DNA of 63,630 bases, the filler included, from Chiloscyllium plagiosum (taxonomy: Eukaryota), in the NCBI RefSeq assembly GCF_004010195.1. It is 6 parts of one record of this genome, joined end to end, with 100 filler letters (N's around TTAATTAATTAA, not from the genome) between each part and the next. Parts side by side here need not be neighbours in the genome. Positions count along the whole stretch, not along the records: positions 1 to 21,128 come from NC_057717.1; 5 more parts are not named here. One strand, written 5' to 3'. Below, piece by piece: positions 1 to 13,519 of the stretch. Positions within the stretch are counted from its first letter, which is position 1. Each line of letters begins with the position of its first letter. A model generated the notes under the pieces. It was not told the origin of the DNA. It ran no database searches and was given only the letters and a program-made list of their open reading frames with translations. The translations under genes and the position numbers were made by a program.

Positions 1-39
1 GTCTTTTTGCTAGGATAATAACGTCGGCTTGTATGAGGT

Positions 40-298
40 GGCCTCGCTGCAAATTGAGGAGTGATAGATTTATGAATGATGCCAGATGCAGGTTCTTCTT
101 TCAGTGACTTGTAAGGGCGTCGAATATCCTGCTTGCCAATTGAGTTAACTCAGCCACATAGGGGCATGTAAACAATTCTTGGAAAAGCATATCGATGATG
201 ACGGAATAGTGCCGGGGTTTGGGATGGATGACATCACAGGTCATCACGACATCAAGGACTGAAAGGTCTGTTCACGCTGCATTATTCTATGTTCTATG
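40..298 (+). mobile_element. Decayed CR1 LINE 3' end
   Basis: Ends in the TTCTATGTTCTATG tail shared with the CR1 copies ending at ~29120 and ~40940; the upstream sequence resembles their 3' UTR. Confidence 0.6.
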
Positions 299-1439
299 TG
301 ACGGCAAATTTCGATGACGACACCTAAATTTGGCACTTCACAGATGCCAAAAAGTTGTGATGTCACTGAGAAAGTAATCTAAAAGCTTAAATTTATGTTC
401 TGTTGGCATGACTTCAATTCTCATGATCAATAAAAATCCAAAGTCATTGTTTTTATTTAAAACCTGGTTCAGTCTTGCAATTCTGGGAAATAATTTATTT
501 CTACAGCTGTGTGTTCATGTTTGCACGCAGAAAGATTTAACAGAGTTTTTCATCCTTATCATCCAGTCTTTTCTTGACCATCCAGATGAATAATTTTTTC
601 ATGAACTATGGTTATTGTCCGGCTGCACTGAAATGTCCATATGGTACAATACTGACTCTGATCCTTCAATCAAGACCATAAAATCAGATGATCCGTTAAT
701 TAACATGATGATTGACTTCCTTACTTGCATAGTAACTGCATTATAAAGAGTCGTTCAATTTCAAGAATTTCTCTTAAATAGCAAAGGTTGTATGGATTTC
801 CTATATTTCTGACAGGTGCAATGTCCTTGCGCACCATCTTATTCTTTAGTCATTCTTTATCATTGCCTATCATACAATTGTTTAATACCAGCTTATCAGC
901 GAGCGTTGCACCTTTTCATGCAACAATCTCCACCAAAGTTCATTCATTCACTCGGCAAACGTTAAAGGAACAACTACACTCTGCTTTCATAAAATAGCTG
1001 GAAAGCCGATGTTAAAATAACCTTGCTCCACGTTAATTTCAAGTAGTTTGAACAAAACAGTGTGTTGATTTTGCATAAACAAATAATGTCCTTTGAGTTT
1101 AAATGCGTTCAAGCAAACACCTTTGGAAAAGTGACAGGAAAATCCGGAAGACAGATGTTACTGTCAGGACGACTTGGGACTGTCACATTGACTGAATTAG
1201 GATTGTGACACCAATTGTTTTATTTGTTTAGTTTTTGATTGCCTTTTCTTTTACATTGTTTAAATAAATCGTGGGTTCTCAGTTTATTTACTTATCACAA
1301 AGATAGAAGACAATATTTTAAATTTCTGTTACTTAAGCACTCAGTTGGAAGAGAAAAACGTCCAGTTAGTGGCATGAGCAATATGACGAACTCAGCTTTG
1401 TGTGACCTAAAAGAGTAACAGCTCCAAATGTTATTCAAA

Positions 1440-2473
1440 GCACAGAGTCATGGAGTCACAGAGATTTACACCACGGAAAGAGACCCTTAATTCCAAAGTG
1501 CCCATGCCGACCAGATATCCAAACCCAAATTGACTCTCTCCTGCCGACATCCAGCACATATCTCTCCAAACCCTTTTTAATCATAAGCACACCCAGATGC
1601 CTTTAAAGGTTGCAATTGCACCAGCGTCCACCACTTCTTTGGCAGCTCATTCCATACACGAACAACGCTCTACGTGGAACAGTTGCTAGTTAGGCCCCTT
1701 TTTTTATCTTTCCCCTCTCACCCTAACCCTATGCCCTCTAAATCTAGTCTCCCCCACCCAAGGAAAAGACTTTACCAATTTAGCCTATCCATGCCCTCAT
1801 GACTTTTCAAACCTCTATAAAGTCATCTTTTCGCCTCGGAAGCTCCAGGGAAAACAATCCCAGCCTATTTCCCCTCTCCATATCGCTCAGATCATCCAAC
1901 ACTGGCAATGTGCTTGTAAATCTTTTCTGAAGCTTTTCAAGTTTCACAACATCCTTCCAAAAAGAAGGCGACAATAATTGTCCATAATATTCCAAAAGTG
2001 GCTTAACCAATGTCCTGTAAGTGACAACATGATCTCCCAAATCCTATACTGAATACTCTGACCAACAACCGAATGCATACCAAACATCTTCTTCACTCTC
2101 CAATATACTTGAAAATCTACTTTCCAGATATGAACATGCACTCCAACGAATCTTTGACCAGCAACACTCCCTGGGACCTTAACATGAAGCGTATAAGTCT
2201 GGTAATATTTATTTTGATAAAATGCAGCACGTCGCATTTATCTAAATTGTACACCATCTGTCACTCCTCAGCCCATTGGTTCATCTGATCAAGATCCCGT
2301 TGTAATGTGAGGTATCTTCGCTGTACACTATGCCTTCAATTTTCGTATCATCTGCAAACTTACTAACTCCACATGTTATGCTCAGATTCAGATGATTTAC
2401 AGAAATGACGAAATTTAGTGGACCCAGTACCGATTCGTGTGGCGCTCCACTGGTCACAGGTCTCCAGTCTGAA
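1440..2473 (-). mobile_element. CR1 LINE 3' part (RT C-terminus and 3' UTR), interrupted by Rex1; resumes at 6054-6120
   Basis: ORF 1807..2040 (YRTLVKPLLEYYGQLLSP...KLEKLQKRFT...LGLFSLE) is the CR1 ORF2 C-terminal motif. CR1 sequence continues after the second TSD copy at 6054. Confidence 0.85.
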
Positions 2474-5400
2474 CTGAATTGAAAAGAATTGAATTGAATT
2501 TATTGACAATTGCACAGAGTCACCGTGAAAAGCTTTGTCTTGCGAGCAACACAGACAGATCACAGAGTCAAGTAGCACAGTAAAGTAAATAATAGGTAAG
2601 CAGCAGCAAACATAAAAACACAGATACAGGTGACTGTTAAGAGTTTGTAAGTCCATTCAGTAATCCAATAACAGTAGGGTAGAAGTTGTAACAAAACCAG
2701 CTGGTGCGCGTGTTCAGGCTTCTATACCTTCTAACCGATGGTAGAGTTTGAAGGGTGGAATGGATATTCTCGAGTGCTGGCGGCCTTTCCTTGACAGCAG
2801 GCCTGGTAGATGGATTCTATAGATTTCAGTTTGGACTTTATGATTGTCCGGGCCGAGTTCACCACTCTCTGTACTTGTTTTCTATCTTGAATAGTGCAGT
2901 TTTCATGCAAGATAGTGACACATCCATGGAAAATTGTTCTCGANNNNNNNNNNNNNNNNNNNNNNNNNNNNAACAAGTCCACACCGACCCGCCGAAGCGA
3001 AAACCACCCATACCCCTACATTTACCCCTTACCTAACACTGCAGGCAATTTAGTATGGCCAATTCACCTGACCCTGCACATCTTTGGATGGTGGGAGGAA
3101 ACCGGAGCACCCGGAGGAAACCCACGCAGACACGGGGAGAACGTGCAAACTCCACACAGTCAGTCGCCTGAGGCGGGAATTGAACCCGGGTCTCTGGCGC
3201 TGTGAGGCAGCAGTGCTTACCGCTGTGGCACCGTGCCGCGCACAAAGCAAGGCTGTTCTCGGCGCACTTTTTTCCAGGTATCTCACCTTCAGTCTGTCGT
3301 GTGTTTCGTCGCAATCTGAGTTTCGACAGACAATGGTAGTGTCATGAGCGAACTTGTAAATGGCATGAGCCTGGAATTTGGCGACGCTGTTCTGGGTGTT
3401 CAGTACGTTGAGTACCCGGCCCAGGGGGGCTCCAGTGTTGAGTGTAAGTGAAGATAATGTATTGTCCCTCATCTTCAATGATTGTTGCCTGTGGCTCAGG
3501 AAACTGAGCATCCAGTTGCAGAGAGTAGTGCTTAATCCGAGATCACGAAGTTCAGTAATCAGTCTCTTGGGGATAATCGTGTTGATTGCTGAGCTGTAGT
3601 CAATGAGTGGGATTCTTACGTAACTGTTCTTAGTGTCAATCTGTTCTCGGAGGAGTGAAGGGCAAGTGATATGCCATCTGATGTGGATCTGTTTAACCAA
3701 TAGGCAAATTGGAGTGGATCAAGAGTAGTGTGGAGGCTGGAGTCGATTAATGCGATGATCAGCGTTTCAAAGCACTTCATGATCACCGAAGTTAGGGCCA
3801 CCGGACTGCAGTCTTTGAGATATGCTGCACGAGCCGTCATAGACACACGGGTGATGTTGACACTCTTTAAACAGGCAGTGGCAGTGTTCTGCTGCAGGGA
3901 GAGTTTGAAGATGTTCTAAGGGCCTCTGCCAGTTGATCCACCCATGCTCTCTTTGCACGGCCTGGAGCTCCGTCTGGTCCCATCGCTTTTCTTGGATTCA
4001 CACGAAGGAAAACTGATTTGAGCTCTGCTGCAGTGACTGTTGGGGTAGTTCGTCAGGAATTGTCGGAATAAGTGTTATCTCTCCCCCAAAACTCTGCTCA
4101 TAGCGCGCGTAGAAAGAGTTGATACGATCTGTCTTCGTCTGCTATCTTGAACTGTCTCTTTTTCGAAGATGTGATTTCATGGCAGTCCTTGCTATAGTCA
4201 CCGGATGAATGTTTGAGTCTCTCGTTTGGTTCAGTATTAGTTCTAGGCTATCTTAATGGCTTATATTCCTTATATTTGAATGGGTCTCCTGATTTTAAGG
4301 CCTCACGCCTGGGTTTTAGGAGGTTCTGCATGTCCTGGTTCGTCCAGGTCTTCCTGTTGGGGAACACAAAGATTGAGATCCTCGGTTTGCATCCCTCTAC
4401 ACAATTGTTCATGAATTCTGGACGGTGGTGGCGTACCCGTCCAAGGTGCCTACGGACTGATTGAAAATGATCCAATCAGCCAATTCCAGTTAGTTCCTCA
4501 TTTGATTCTCTGCCTCTTCCAACCAGCACTGGACCTGCATCCATGAGGCGGTCTGCTGCTTGAGATTTTGCATCCATGAGGCGGTCTGCTGCTTGAGATT
4601 TTACCTGTAAGCCGGGAGAAGAAACACGGCATTGTGGCCGGAGTTCCAAATTTAAGGTCGAGAGATGGAGCTGTCGGTATCCTTCATAGTGATGTTGCAG
4701 CGGTCTAAGATGTTCGGCCCCTGGTGGAGCAGGTAATGTTCTGGTTTTACTTGGGCAACATCTTCCTGAGTCTGGCTTGATTGAAGTTGCCAGTTACAAT
4801 AAACAGTGCCTCGGGATGTTCCATATGCAGGGTGTTAGTGGTGGAGTGCAGCACATCCAGAGCTTCCTCAACCTTTGCTTAGGGTAGTGGCATGCACATA
4901 GCAGTTAATATAGCAGTGGTGAATTGCCGTGGTAGATAGAAGCAGCGGCAATTCATGGTGAAGAATTCTGTGTTTGGGGAACAATGGCTGCCCAGGATTA
5001 CAAGGTCCGTGCAATAAAAATTGTTGATTAAAATTCAAACCCCTTCACCCTTTGTTTTAACCGAAGACGCTGTCCTGTCCATACGATGGATAGAACAAAC
5101 ATAAGTCTGAAGTGCGCCGTCGGGAATGGATGGGTTGAGCTGGTTTTCTGAGAAGCAAAGTGCGCAGCAGTCCTGCACTTCATGCTGCCAGCTGAGCTAT
5201 GATCTGAGTTCGTCCATCTTGTTCGCCAGAGATTTTTACATTTGCGAGGAGTAAATTAGGAAGGGGAGTATTGAAACTGCATACTATTAGTCTTACGAGC
5301 CAGCTGGCAGACTTACAACGCTTCCTCGCAGGGTGCTTGCATTTGCGTGGCCCAGCGGTGTGGTGGAGTGAATTCCGACTGCTTCCAATCAAGTGATCCT

Positions 5401-6053
5401 TCCTATGACATTGTGGAGCAGGTAGATTACAGTTTCCTGTATTTTTGAAGAGGGTCTGATTCTGACCCAGTGCAGCAGGTAATTTCCTGTGTGTTTCTTT
5501 TTACTAGAGGAAGTGTCCTTAGGACCCAGTGGAGGAGGTAAGTTTCCGATTTTGTTCCGATTTTTCCAATTAATTCCCCCTTTCTGTTGCCGCCGAATTC
5601 ATCGAACAGGTTTAGCCACGTTTCTTTCAGAGGTGTTTGGGGTGTTCTCCAGGTACATTCTGATAAATTTCACATCAGGCAGATGTCTTATGAGGTCGGG
5701 AGCATTTTGTATTAGTTCTGCTTCCTGCAGCAGGCCTCTAGGTTGGCTCGATTTTCCAGCAGACCCCAAGCATGCAGGTTGTGAAAGCTGCCTCCGCATG
5801 GTCTGCCATTCTTCTGGAGTGGTTGGATGGGTCGTGGACACCTTGTGGTCTGCTGCCTTCATCCAGTAAGTTGGCTTTGAGTATCGGAGGTGTTTCAAAC
5901 ATGTGCGTTTAGACAAAAGTGAGTTAGTAGTAATTTATTTTAAAGTATGCAATTACGTTCAAAAAGTGTAGAATCAATGCAGGAAATAGGAAACTTAGAT
6001 ATGCATGCAGGTACTCGCAGGGTGACGACCACATCCGGCGTCATTTGAGTTCA
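2474..6053 (-). mobile_element. Rex1/Babar-type LINE, apparently full length, decayed (APE + RT)
   Basis: RT motifs SYVRIPLIDYSSAINTIIP...LCNWMLSFL...LTLNTGAP (3050..3700) and PVALTSVIMKCFE...LDPLQFAY (3616..3846). APE start LPNLLLANV at ~5280. (CAATT)n-like tail at ~2474-2500. Direct repeat CCAGTCTGAA at 2464-2473 and 6054-6063. Confidence 0.85.
2971..3240 (-). mobile_element. HE1-like tRNA-derived shark SINE inserted in the Rex1 element
   Basis: The - strand starts GGCACGGTGCCACAGCGGTAAGCACTGCTGCCTCACAGCGCCAGAGACCCGGGTTCAATTCCC, with A/B-box-like motifs. Close match to the copies at 24547, 46309 and 63285. Confidence 0.9.
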
Positions 6054-6769
6054 CCAGTCTGAAAAACAACGCTCACTCACCACCATCTGTCTTCTATCTT
6101 TGAGCCAGTTCTATATCCAAATATCTAAGAAACAAGTAAAGGTAATCAGGGGAAAACTTGATTTGAAAATGTTAGTTGTCACAGAAATCACGCGTTGCGC
6201 CTTATTGTAATCAGAAACAACTAATGTAAGGGTGGTGAGCATAAATTATTTAACAGTTATTTGAATTCATAATTAGACGTGGGACAGAACCAAATAAAAC
6301 AAACATATCTGGCTAATATCCACCTAATATCAACTAATTTTGTTTAGGGAACATAAGCAATCAGTCCATTCCATGACAGCATTTCTGTGAAACCATTTTG
6401 CTTTAACATGTCTCCCACACCATTGAAGTTGAATGAAGTGCAAGTCACTTGTTCAATTTTTCCAACAACTATTTGGAAATGGGAAATAATTACCCCTTTG
6501 AAACTTCTCAATATATATCGCAAGATTGTTGTGTTTCCTAAGCAAAGGACAAGATTGCACATTGTTTTAAAAATCTAGAATGAGACCAAACACTTAAGTC
6601 AGTGTGTGTTATTTCTTCTGTCAAAAATAACGATGAGTTGGGAGATCTTGACTTGGTCAAGAAATGTGCTGATGTTGGGGAACATTGTTTTTAATCGTGT
6701 AGGAGGATGGATATTGATGTGCAGTGAATTGCTTTGTCTCCAACAGATGCATGTTGTTTTATTTGTTAA

Positions 6770-8260
6770 CTTGTGGAATGTGAGCGGCGCTGGCTGGCTT
6801 TGTTCATTGCCCGTAGGTCGTTGTCTTTTAGACGATGTTGGCATTTAACTTTTTGAACTGCTGCAGTTCATCTTTTGTGGGTTGACTCACAAAGTCATGA
6901 GGAAGGGAATTCCAGGATATTGACAAAGCGACAGTGAAGAAACGGCGAATTGTTTCAGTCAGGATCGTGAGAGACTTGTAAGGGAACGTGAAGGTAGCGA
7001 TGTTCCCGTCAGTCTGCTGCCCTTGTCCTTCTAAATGGAAGTGATTGTGTGTTTGCAAGTTGCTGTTGGAAGATCTTCGGAGAATTTCTGCTGTGCATCT
7101 TGTAGAAAGTACCCAGTACTTTTGCTGAAAATCGGCTTTGGGATAGGGTGCTTTTGCAAGTAACGCCAATCAACCAGCTGCTTTGTCGTCGATGGTGTCA
7201 AGAGTTTTCGAGTTTTGGGGTAGGGGTTTCACCCATTCAAGAAAATGGGAGATATTCTCATCAAAATCCTGACTTGTGCCATTTCGATGAATGATTTGTT
7301 CAGCGAGTCGAAAGATGCATTAGTCGATGCAGCAACCCTAGATTCTGACCATCTCTCGTTGCCACTGAGTATATAAGATAAATAAAATTGAGTTTCCGGT
7401 TAATGACAACCCCTACGATGTTGACACTGGGGAGATTCACTGATGTTAGCACCTTTGTACATTTATGGGCGGTGGTTAGATGGTCTCTTATTGATGATGA
7501 CCACAGCCTTCCATTTCTGTGGTGCATATGTTACTTTCGATTTGTTCTGGCAAGCCTGCTTATTTTGGAGAACGTTTTGCCTTTCGGCAGGGACTGCTTC
7601 AGTATCTGTGTAGTCGCGTATGCTGCTGAATATTGTGTCATCATCGGAGATCATCCGCCCTTCTGACCTCATGATGGAAGGAGGTTCATTAGTCGTGCAG
7701 TCGTTTGAGCCTGGGACACCAGTCTGAGGCATTCCTGTCGACATGCCTGGAGCTGAGGTAACTGACCTGCAACAACCATGACAATCTTCCTTCCTATCCA
7801 GTGTGACTCAGACGAACGGAGATGTTGCACTCGGGCTCCCATTACTTCTAGTTTTGCCAGGGATCCTTGATGCCTCTCGTGTTCGAATACTGCCGTGATG
7901 TCAAGGGCTGTCTCACTGACCTCACTGTTGGTAGTCATCTCTTTTGTTTATAGTTCAAAGAATGCTGCAGTGATGTCTGCAGCTGAAAACATCTGGCAGA
8001 ATCTAAACTGATTGTCATTAAGCAGGTAGTCACAAGTGTTACGTGATACCACTGTTGATTGAAAGTCGACTTATGGGACGTTAATTGGTTTGCTTAGTTT
8101 TGTCCTTCTTTTGAGATACAACACATATATTACAAATTTAAGTATGATCGTTTCGATGACAGTGTTGTACCTAACCTGGAAGAGGTTGGTGACGGGAGCA
8201 GCATATCGTCGAGTTCATGTCTTCAACAGTATTGCCCGAATGTTGTCAGAGCCCGTGACC
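6770..8260 (-). mobile_element. Old CR1-clade LINE RT and 3' region (different family from the young CR1s)
   Basis: TALDITAVF...HQGSLAKLEVMG...KIVMVVAGQ (7669..7938) and NEPPSIMRSEGRMISDDDT (decayed FADD motif, 7463..7744). Confidence 0.7.
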
Positions 8261-8724
8261 TTTGCGGTATATAAGCTGATTTGAAAGTGCGAATGTATTG
8301 TGCATTTTTCATGCATAAATTCAAGAACATTTTACGTTGATCGACGTGCTCAATATTCTGCATTTGCTGGTGATGTGTGGAAGCGTTTAAATGTTTTGTT
8401 ACCACCAACCATGTGGAGAACTTATGTTTATTTTCTGAATGAAGCATACACTTGAAGCGTTGTAGTTCATCTTTTGCCAGGCACAGATGATTTTGTCTTC
8501 CGTGATTGGATCTAGTGCTGTGGTTCCCTGCTGCTCAGGCTGCCATAGAGACATTGTGTCTATGGAGCAGCAAGTGATTCTGGCTTTTTTTCATTGTGGT
8601 GTGCCTTGAGCGCATTCACATTCACTTGCTGCAAATATCGTTCATTCTGCGTCAACTGACGTTGAAAATTGAAAGTAAAAATAGACTTACGAGCTTTTGC
8701 ATGAAAATGAAAGAGCTCCGACAT

Positions 8725-9072
8725 TCGGGCGGCACACAGATGAAATGGTTAGCAATGACAGCTCACCACCCTCGGTATACAAAGTTCATTCCTTCCTTGA
8801 ACGACTGTCTGCGTGGACTTTGCTCATTCTTCCCTTTCCTGCAGGAGTTTCGCCTGTGTGCCCTGGTTTCTTCCTACCGTCGAAGGATGTTCAAATTAGT
8901 TAGATTGGACTTACTTAATTGCCTTTGGTTTCCAAGGCTCGATGGACTAATGATGGGAAATATCAGGTTTACAAAGATATAATGAGTCTTGATGTGATGC
9001 TATCTGAGGGGCCGATGGAGACTCGATGCTACAAATGGTTTGCAGAAACACTGTAGGAATTCTATGATTCTA
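8725..9072 (+). mobile_element. Highly diverged HE1-like SINE
   Basis: Starts GGGCGGCAC...TGGTTAGCA, contains GACTGTCTGCGTGGA(C)TTTGC and ends GAATTCTATGATTCT; same layout as the younger copies. Confidence 0.6.
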
Positions 9073-11559
9073 ACCAATGCACTGACATTTTCTGCAAATT
9101 AACCACTCTGCACTGTTACTTACCAGCCAGCTTCACCAACATATAAATCCCGCTCACAATTCTGATGTGTTAGGTATGTATAGTGAGANNNNNNNNNNNN
9201 NNNNNNNNNNNNNNNNNNNNNNNNNNNNNNNNNNNNNNNNNNNNNNNNNNNNNNNNNNNNNNNNNNNNNNNNNNNNNNNNNNNNNNNNNNNNNNNNNNNN
9301 NNNNNNNNNNNNNNNNNNNNNNNNNNNNNNNNNNNNNNNNNNNNNNNNNNNNNNNNNNNNNNNNNNNNNNNNNNNNNNNNNNNNNNNNNNNNNNNNNNNN
9401 NNNNNNNNNNNNNNNNNNNNNNNNNNNNNNNNNNNNNNNNNNNNNNNNNNNNNNNNNNNNNNNNNNNNNNNNNNNNNNNNNNNNNNNNNNNNNNNNNNNN
9501 NNNNNNNNNNNNNNNNNNNNNNNNNNNNNNNNNNNNNNNNNNNNNNNNNNNNNNNNNNNNNNNNNNNNNNNNNNNNNNNNNNNNNNNNNNNNNNNNNNNN
9601 NNNNNNNNNNNNNNNNNNNNNNNNNNNNNNNNNNNNNNNNNNNNNNNNNNNNNNNNNNNNNNNNNNNNNNNNNNNNNNNNNNNNNNNNNNNNNNNNNNNN
9701 NNNNNNNNNNNNNNNNNNNNNNNNNNNNNNNNNNNNNNNNNNNNNNNNNNNNNNNNNNNNNNNNNNNNNNNNNNNNNNNNNNNNNNNNNNNNNNNNNNNN
9801 NNNNNNNNNNNNNNNNNNNNNNNNNNNNNNNNNNNNNNNNNNNNNNNNNNNNNNNNNNNNNNNNCAAGTTGATTCAAACATCGTCTTGAACTTTCTGGGA
9901 CAAGTCTTCCTCAGAATTGTTAAACTTATCAAATTCAAAAGTATTTAAGTTCGGCAATGTTTGAAATGGACAGGTTGAGGTTCGGTGCAGGCATTTACCC
10001 ATAGGACGGTGAAGATTATATCATGGGGATTAGTATTAGTATTGCAGAGGTGGAGCTCTAAATGAAAAATGCTATTTGAACATGCTAAACTGTTTATATC
10101 TCTGGAGCGATTCTGAGATTAACATTGCACTCCACTCCTTGACATCATCAGAACTTATGACAAAGACCTTAAATAGACACACGTATGTTGTTTATGGTCA
10201 CAAGTTGAATGTACATGTTGTAAAGTTGATGACTGGCTCGTGCCTAAATAGCAACAGGTTACGCATGGTTTGAAACTATTCTACAGCTCTTCCTTCACGT
10301 TTACTCATCTTACAGTAATTTCTTTCCTTTTTTCGCTGCTCATCTCTATTTGGAATTTTACCTTCTTCTAGTAAATCACATTTGTATTGTTTTAATGCCT
10401 TTTATCTATTGATTATCTATCATTAATGTATCATTTAAACTTAGTTTTACTGAACGTCAAGGCTTCCCTAACCAGATATTAAATTGGATGCTCACACCTT
10501 AACCATGTTCTTTCGTGCATTTCTGTCATTTGTTCGTGAATGTTACATATGTAAGATGTAGCATCCACCTGTGTTATCTTACTAGCGATTCCCGAAGATC
10601 ATGTCATTCACTACTGACTTTCAGATGATCTTTATAAATATTATGTTTGTGCAAGTGCTCAGTTTTGCTACTCGCCTGAACCCAGTGTTTCAGGTTTTTT
10701 CGGCCAAATACTGCAATTCCGTTTCATTTAAAAAAAAAATAAATGAGCAGAAGATTACATATCTCTGGGAGAAAACTGTGAATTATGGAAATGCACCTTA
10801 ATGAGTCATTGTCATCTCCATTCGATGTTGTGTCACTTTTCATTTGCGTGTTGGGTTTCCTTCATACGCTGTGAGGGCACGAGATTTTTTTCTCTCCATT
10901 TTTCTTCTTTCGTACTTTGCTCAGACTCATCTTGCCTCATGAAGTATATTGGTAGGCTGAAAATTACTAACAGGATCTTAAAGTTCTGCGATAATGTTTA
11001 CAAAAGGACACACGTGCACTGATGTCAGGAAAATTATTATTTTCTCTACTTTAGTTATATGCAAATTGATAAGTGAGTCAATAATCTAAACAACTTTAGA
11101 TATGTTCATCGAGTGACTATCGTTGATTTCAGCCGGTGAAGGCACATGGGTTGCCGATGACACTTTAGAAGATCTGTCGCATTTTCATGGTACTGGAACA
11201 TAAAGTGGCATTGGGTGCCAAGTGTGAATGCTACATTGCTTACATGCTGCTTCACCATTTCCCAGTACTTCGAGCACTTGTCCAAATAATCCATTTGAAA
11301 ACATCAACCACTTGACTCCGTATTAACCACATAAAAATTGATTGCGACAGACAATGAAACTACTGAAGTTATCTGCCAGACAAATGAGACGTCCTCACAT
11401 GCTGTTTTGAGTACTTTTTTCAATGTCAAGTTAGTCGCTCCATATGAAGTCCAAATAGTCCTTGTCGACTAAATCTTCATGCTCTGACTTGATGACCATA
11501 TATTTCAGTCTAACAGTGCAGATTTCACACTGAAATTGAAAACAACTTACGTTCAATCA

Positions 11560-12290
11560 ACGTTGGAGTACTCTTGGTTACCAAACAAGGAGTAGATGGG
11601 ATTGGACTGGAGGGTACGCAAAGTAGACTACTCAGGATTTTGGTTGTGTTGCCTATTTTATCTGTGAAATGAGGCTGGAAAACGTCAGGGCGTTTTTCTT
11701 TATAGGGGAAACGTGACAGAACATGTGGATGCACATTTGAAGGGCTGTAACATTCAAGGCTCTGGCTATCGAGTTGGAACGTGGGACTAGTTCAGGTAGT
11801 CCTAAATTTTGTTGCGATAGAATGAATAGGCTGAATGGCTTTTTGTGTACTGCATCACTCCATGAACCTGAAATAAGTTAATGAGGGGCATGATTGAAAA
11901 GACGGTAGCTGTTACCGTGATTTGAATCATCGGTGACAAACTCTGTGCGGCAATTTATAACAACAGTCCAGAGGAAGTTTTGAGGAAATGGTTTCAACAC
12001 TGCAGAATTTGGTGGGAGCTGGAATTTCATTGCCTGATGCTAGGGTATCGGAAATGTTGTACTTGAGGCAATAAAACCCATAATCTTTAAGAAGTACTTG
12101 GAGTAGAACTTCATTTCTCATCACCTTAATGGTTACGACCGTGTCATGGAGAAGACAGCTATTGAATGCTGAAGTCGAATATTCTGGTATATTTGACGAT
12201 CGAGCAAATTACGGGATACTTGGCCAAAACTCGTTTGCGAACGCCTGTAGCTAGGCTCTCAGCCATAGAACAGTCTCTGTGTTTTTTTTT
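11560..12290 (+). mobile_element. Two decayed CR1 3'-end fragments
   Basis: Weak similarity to the CR1 terminal region (TTTGTTGCGATAGAATGAATAGGCTGAATGGC; GGAATTTCATTGCC...TTTAAGAAGTAC). Confidence 0.4.
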
Positions 12291-13519
12291 TCTCTGTGGT
12301 ATAACTTTGTCTGCAAATTATGCAAAGCAACGACAGGAAGCTGAGCAGAGTTTGCGGTTTTATTTAATAGAGGATCCATCCATCCTGTAATTATTAAGAT
12401 TGAACATGCAGCGAACGAAGCAATGATACACTTCGGTCTGTATCCTAAAAGGGCTTTCGTTTAACAAATGACATCAGATTGTCTTCTAAATTTGCATTGC
12501 GGCATTATTTTGCCTACACAAAATGCATTGGCAAATTTTCTGTGGTAGAGATACGTTGAATAGTCGCGTTTGTAAGTTGTTCTGTGATGCTACTATTGTG
12601 TGATATGGCTACCAAAAAAGGAGAATCAAAAATTGTAGTTTAAAACATGTCTACGGGGACTTTACCATGAGACATTTCTTCTTTCCCGCCCGCTTTTGCA
12701 ATGCAAAAGTTAAAGTTTCCTCCACATCTTTCTCTGTTACAAATACTGTCACTGTGAAGAGTGATAGAGATGTGCATAGAAAATTGAGAAAGCTTGGTAA
12801 ATAACAGTTCAGCGTCGGGTTTCCGTGAACTACTCACATTTTATTTGCACGTGCAGAATACACTGCCTGTGGCCAGCCATGTCGGAGCCATTGCCACTGA
12901 ACGGAGGAGCTTCGAAATTCTTATTTTTTTTATGGAACCCTGCACGATTGCCATCCAACAGCAGCGCTTAGCTTTTCCCGCCGCAACTGTATTGTCAGTG
13001 TTGTGCAGTGACTCAATAAATGCACTTTTGGTGCGAAGAACCTTCCTCATTGTTCCACCACCAGTGAAACACCAATTTGGCCAGGGAACGGGAAAGCCTG
13101 GTCGGTGATATGCTTTCTTGAAGCATGTGAATCGGGTAGAAAAGTTCAAATCAAATTAGGATTGAAGTGGTAAATAAGGCATTTCACCATTCACGTGCCC
13201 CCTTCTCACTGAAGGCATCAAAAACATTGTTGGACACCACATGATCACTCTCTGAAGAAAGATTGGCTCGAACAACGTTGATTGAAATTAGGGAGAAGGT
13301 GGATGAAATGACCCACTCCATGTCCTGTTATCTGGACCAGTTTAATTCTATTATCTGCGGGGTACAGGAATATTTCGCCTCACCCATCACAAAACTTAAT
13401 TGATACTTCACCATCACAAACAAAACTACACGATTGCCCAGTGAAAAGCAGAGCTCCATCTTTAAAGGCATTACCTACTTGAATGAAAACAGGAAGGGAG
13501 AGATTAACGACTCGATCAA

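Noticed and set aside
4537..4602. ~33-bp tandem duplication within Rex1
   Set aside because: An ordinary local slippage duplication in a dead element.
9120..9938. Long ORFs in the supplied track (also 14367-14948, 57505-58061, 61709-62657)
   Set aside because: They consist almost entirely of X residues from assembly gaps.
12790..13330. Possible second Tx1 C-terminal remnant on the + strand
   Set aside because: Only a weak resemblance (DSINALLVRRTFLIV), too decayed to call.
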